From: Coleofasciculus chthonoplastes F2-STO-03 | GTDB lineage: Bacteria > Cyanobacteriota > Cyanobacteriia > Cyanobacteriales > Coleofasciculaceae | NCBI GenBank assembly: GCA_040222015.1 | Contig: JAVJWO010000085.1 | Span: 12,775-76,774, forward strand | DNA length: 64,000 bases | Direction of reading: 5' to 3' | Part shown: positions 61,839 through 64,000 of the stretch, piece after piece | How the letters are laid out: each line of letters begins with the position of its first letter | How positions within the stretch are numbered: the stretch's first letter is position 1 | Program-made: the position numbers and the translations under genes | The notes under the pieces: model-generated | What the model saw: the letters and a program-made list of their open reading frames with translations, nothing else | What the model was told of the DNA's origin: nothing | Database searches by the model: none

Positions 61839-61922
61839 TTTATAGCCAGACATAACCTTAAATAAAAGTCCTCAGTCAAACAACTAAGGACAAATCAATG
61901 ACCAATAACCAATGACAAATAA

Positions 61923-62834
<912 letters not shown>

Positions 62835-63095
62835 TCACATCGCATGGGTACAACAGAATAAAAGGTAATGACGAACCCACGGCTTCACCTAAACCAGCGA
62901 GTCCAACTTCAAAAGCAAAACATGCGCTTAATTTAAAGCACCCTAATATTAAGTCTAAATTCTCCTTAGATTATAGACGACGGAAGATAAACAACCCAGG
63001 AGATACCTTAAGCTGGAAGCCCCCCTGGGTGGGTCACAACTAGGGGGTATAATTCTTCCAGGAAAGTATATATTATATCAAATGGCACTAACTAC

Positions 63096-63362
63096 CTATG
63101 CCCAAGTAAATTCGCGCCGTCCACTACCCCGGTGACAAATCTGGGGCGCGAGGGTGTCTTGGGAGGTGAAGAAACGCCGTTGTCCACCGCGATTGGTCTC
63201 AGGACCTTGAGGACCCGCATCTCCAGTTTTAACTAAAGACAATAGCGAGTGGGCAGGAGTAGACTGAAAAAGTGAGACCGAGCGATCGCGAATATCATGA
63301 GCATTGACAGCCAATGAGAGCGTAAGCAGGCTCACTAAAGTAACAGAAGTGTAAAAGCGCAT
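63096..63362 (-). CDS. patX: PatX, RGSGR-containing HetR-inhibitor precursor
   Basis: N-terminal signal peptide; C-terminal HRGSGRR; immediately upstream of hetR. Confidence 0.85.
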   Translation of the reverse strand: MRFYTSVTLVSLLTLSLAVNAHDIRDRSVSLFQSTPAHSLLSLVKTGDAGPQGPETNRGGQRRFFTSQDTLAPQICHRGSGRREFTWA

Positions 63363-63393
63363 AGATGTCCGTGTCAGGGTTTCTAGTCCCTGT

Positions 63394-63420
63394 TACGGAC
63401 TCTTTACTCATGGTTCAGGA
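63394..63420 (-). promoter_or_regulatory. DIF1-like promoter of patX
   Basis: Minus strand reads TCCTGA-N18-GTA, with GTAAAG inside the spacer. Confidence 0.5.
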
Positions 63421-63662
63421 AAAATCCCCGTCAGAGTTAATGTGGATTGTGTGAAGATTAATGGTACACTAGCCTGTTTATCTTTCGTTTGTTCCCAATT
63501 TGGGTGAGGGGAATTGGGGTGCAGAGGTACACAGATGCCATGGCACGTCTGGGAGCAAGAGAAAGGTTGTAGGGGCGGGTTTTACCAATAACATTTTGGA
63601 GACAACCCCTAACCTCACTAAACCCGCCCTTTTTAGCGCAACAGGAGCAGATTAATTCCTGA

Positions 63663-63974
63663 TCAGTGCAAACTGTTCACCAGCAACCAGTTTCCCGCCG
63701 GATTAAAACGTCCCCACCCTTCTAGCTGTTGCTGATGAGGATAATGTTGGAGTTGCTGATTAACATCAGGTTGTACCGTAATCAACATCCAAATTTGACC
63801 CATAAGACTTTCAGGTTCGCTCAGGGTAATCATGTAATTCTGGTCAGCACGACGTTGGAATATGCCAGTGAAATAGATTAAGGTATATGGCTGGCGATTG
63901 GTGATTAGTGATTGGTGATTGGGGAAATTCTCCCCCATCTTCCCCTGCTCCCCCTGCTCCCCCTGCTCCCTCAT
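63663..63974 (-). CDS. Hypothetical protein, or C-terminal part of a gene interrupted by an STRR at the window edge
   Basis: Protein-like C-terminal ~75 aa; N-terminal part is repeat-derived. Confidence 0.35.
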   Translation of the reverse strand: MREQGEQGEQGKMGENFPNHQSLITNRQPYTLIYFTGIFQRRADQNYMITLSEPESLMGQIWMLITVQPDVNQQLQHYPHQQQLEGWGRFNPAGNWLLVNSLH

Positions 63975-64000
63975 CTCCTCTGCCTTCTATGTAGCAGCAG

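Overview
Chromosomal window from a filamentous cyanobacterium. Evidence: abundant HIP1 GCGATCGC, heptamer/nonamer STRR repeats, REP-like palindromes, and hetR-patX, hli and cyAbrB genes. The repeat style suggests an Oscillatoriales/Coleofasciculus-like organism, which is an inference. Core genes include lysA-cdaA-uppS, rimI, clpC, fbaB, sdhB, pilMNOQ, hup, cobD, frmA and hetR. There are three main accessory regions. (1) A partial contractile injection system (eCIS/tCIS-type) locus at 12.6-19.1 kb: sheath, three tube paralogues, two tail-assembly chaperones, a SEC-C protein and a Pvc16/DUF4255 cap. (2) An expanded TPM-domain/LemA membrane cluster at 28-35 kb. (3) IS200/IS605 TnpB elements on both sides of the pil operon. 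The strongest hidden signal is a complete -1 programmed frameshift cassette at 17281-17348: internal SD, GGGGGAA slippery site and a 13-bp 3' stem-loop. It would fuse the second CIS chaperone to an unannotated DUF6760-like ORF that lacks an ATG/GTG start, giving a phage G/GT-type chaperone pair inside a cyanobacterial CIS. Other signals are a structured leader upstream of the sheath gene, a candidate orphan ncRNA, a decayed reverse-transcriptase gene, stand-alone TnpB reRNA scaffolds, and in-frame repeat insertions in enzymes. All family assignments come from motif recognition by eye; no database searches or folding programs were run.
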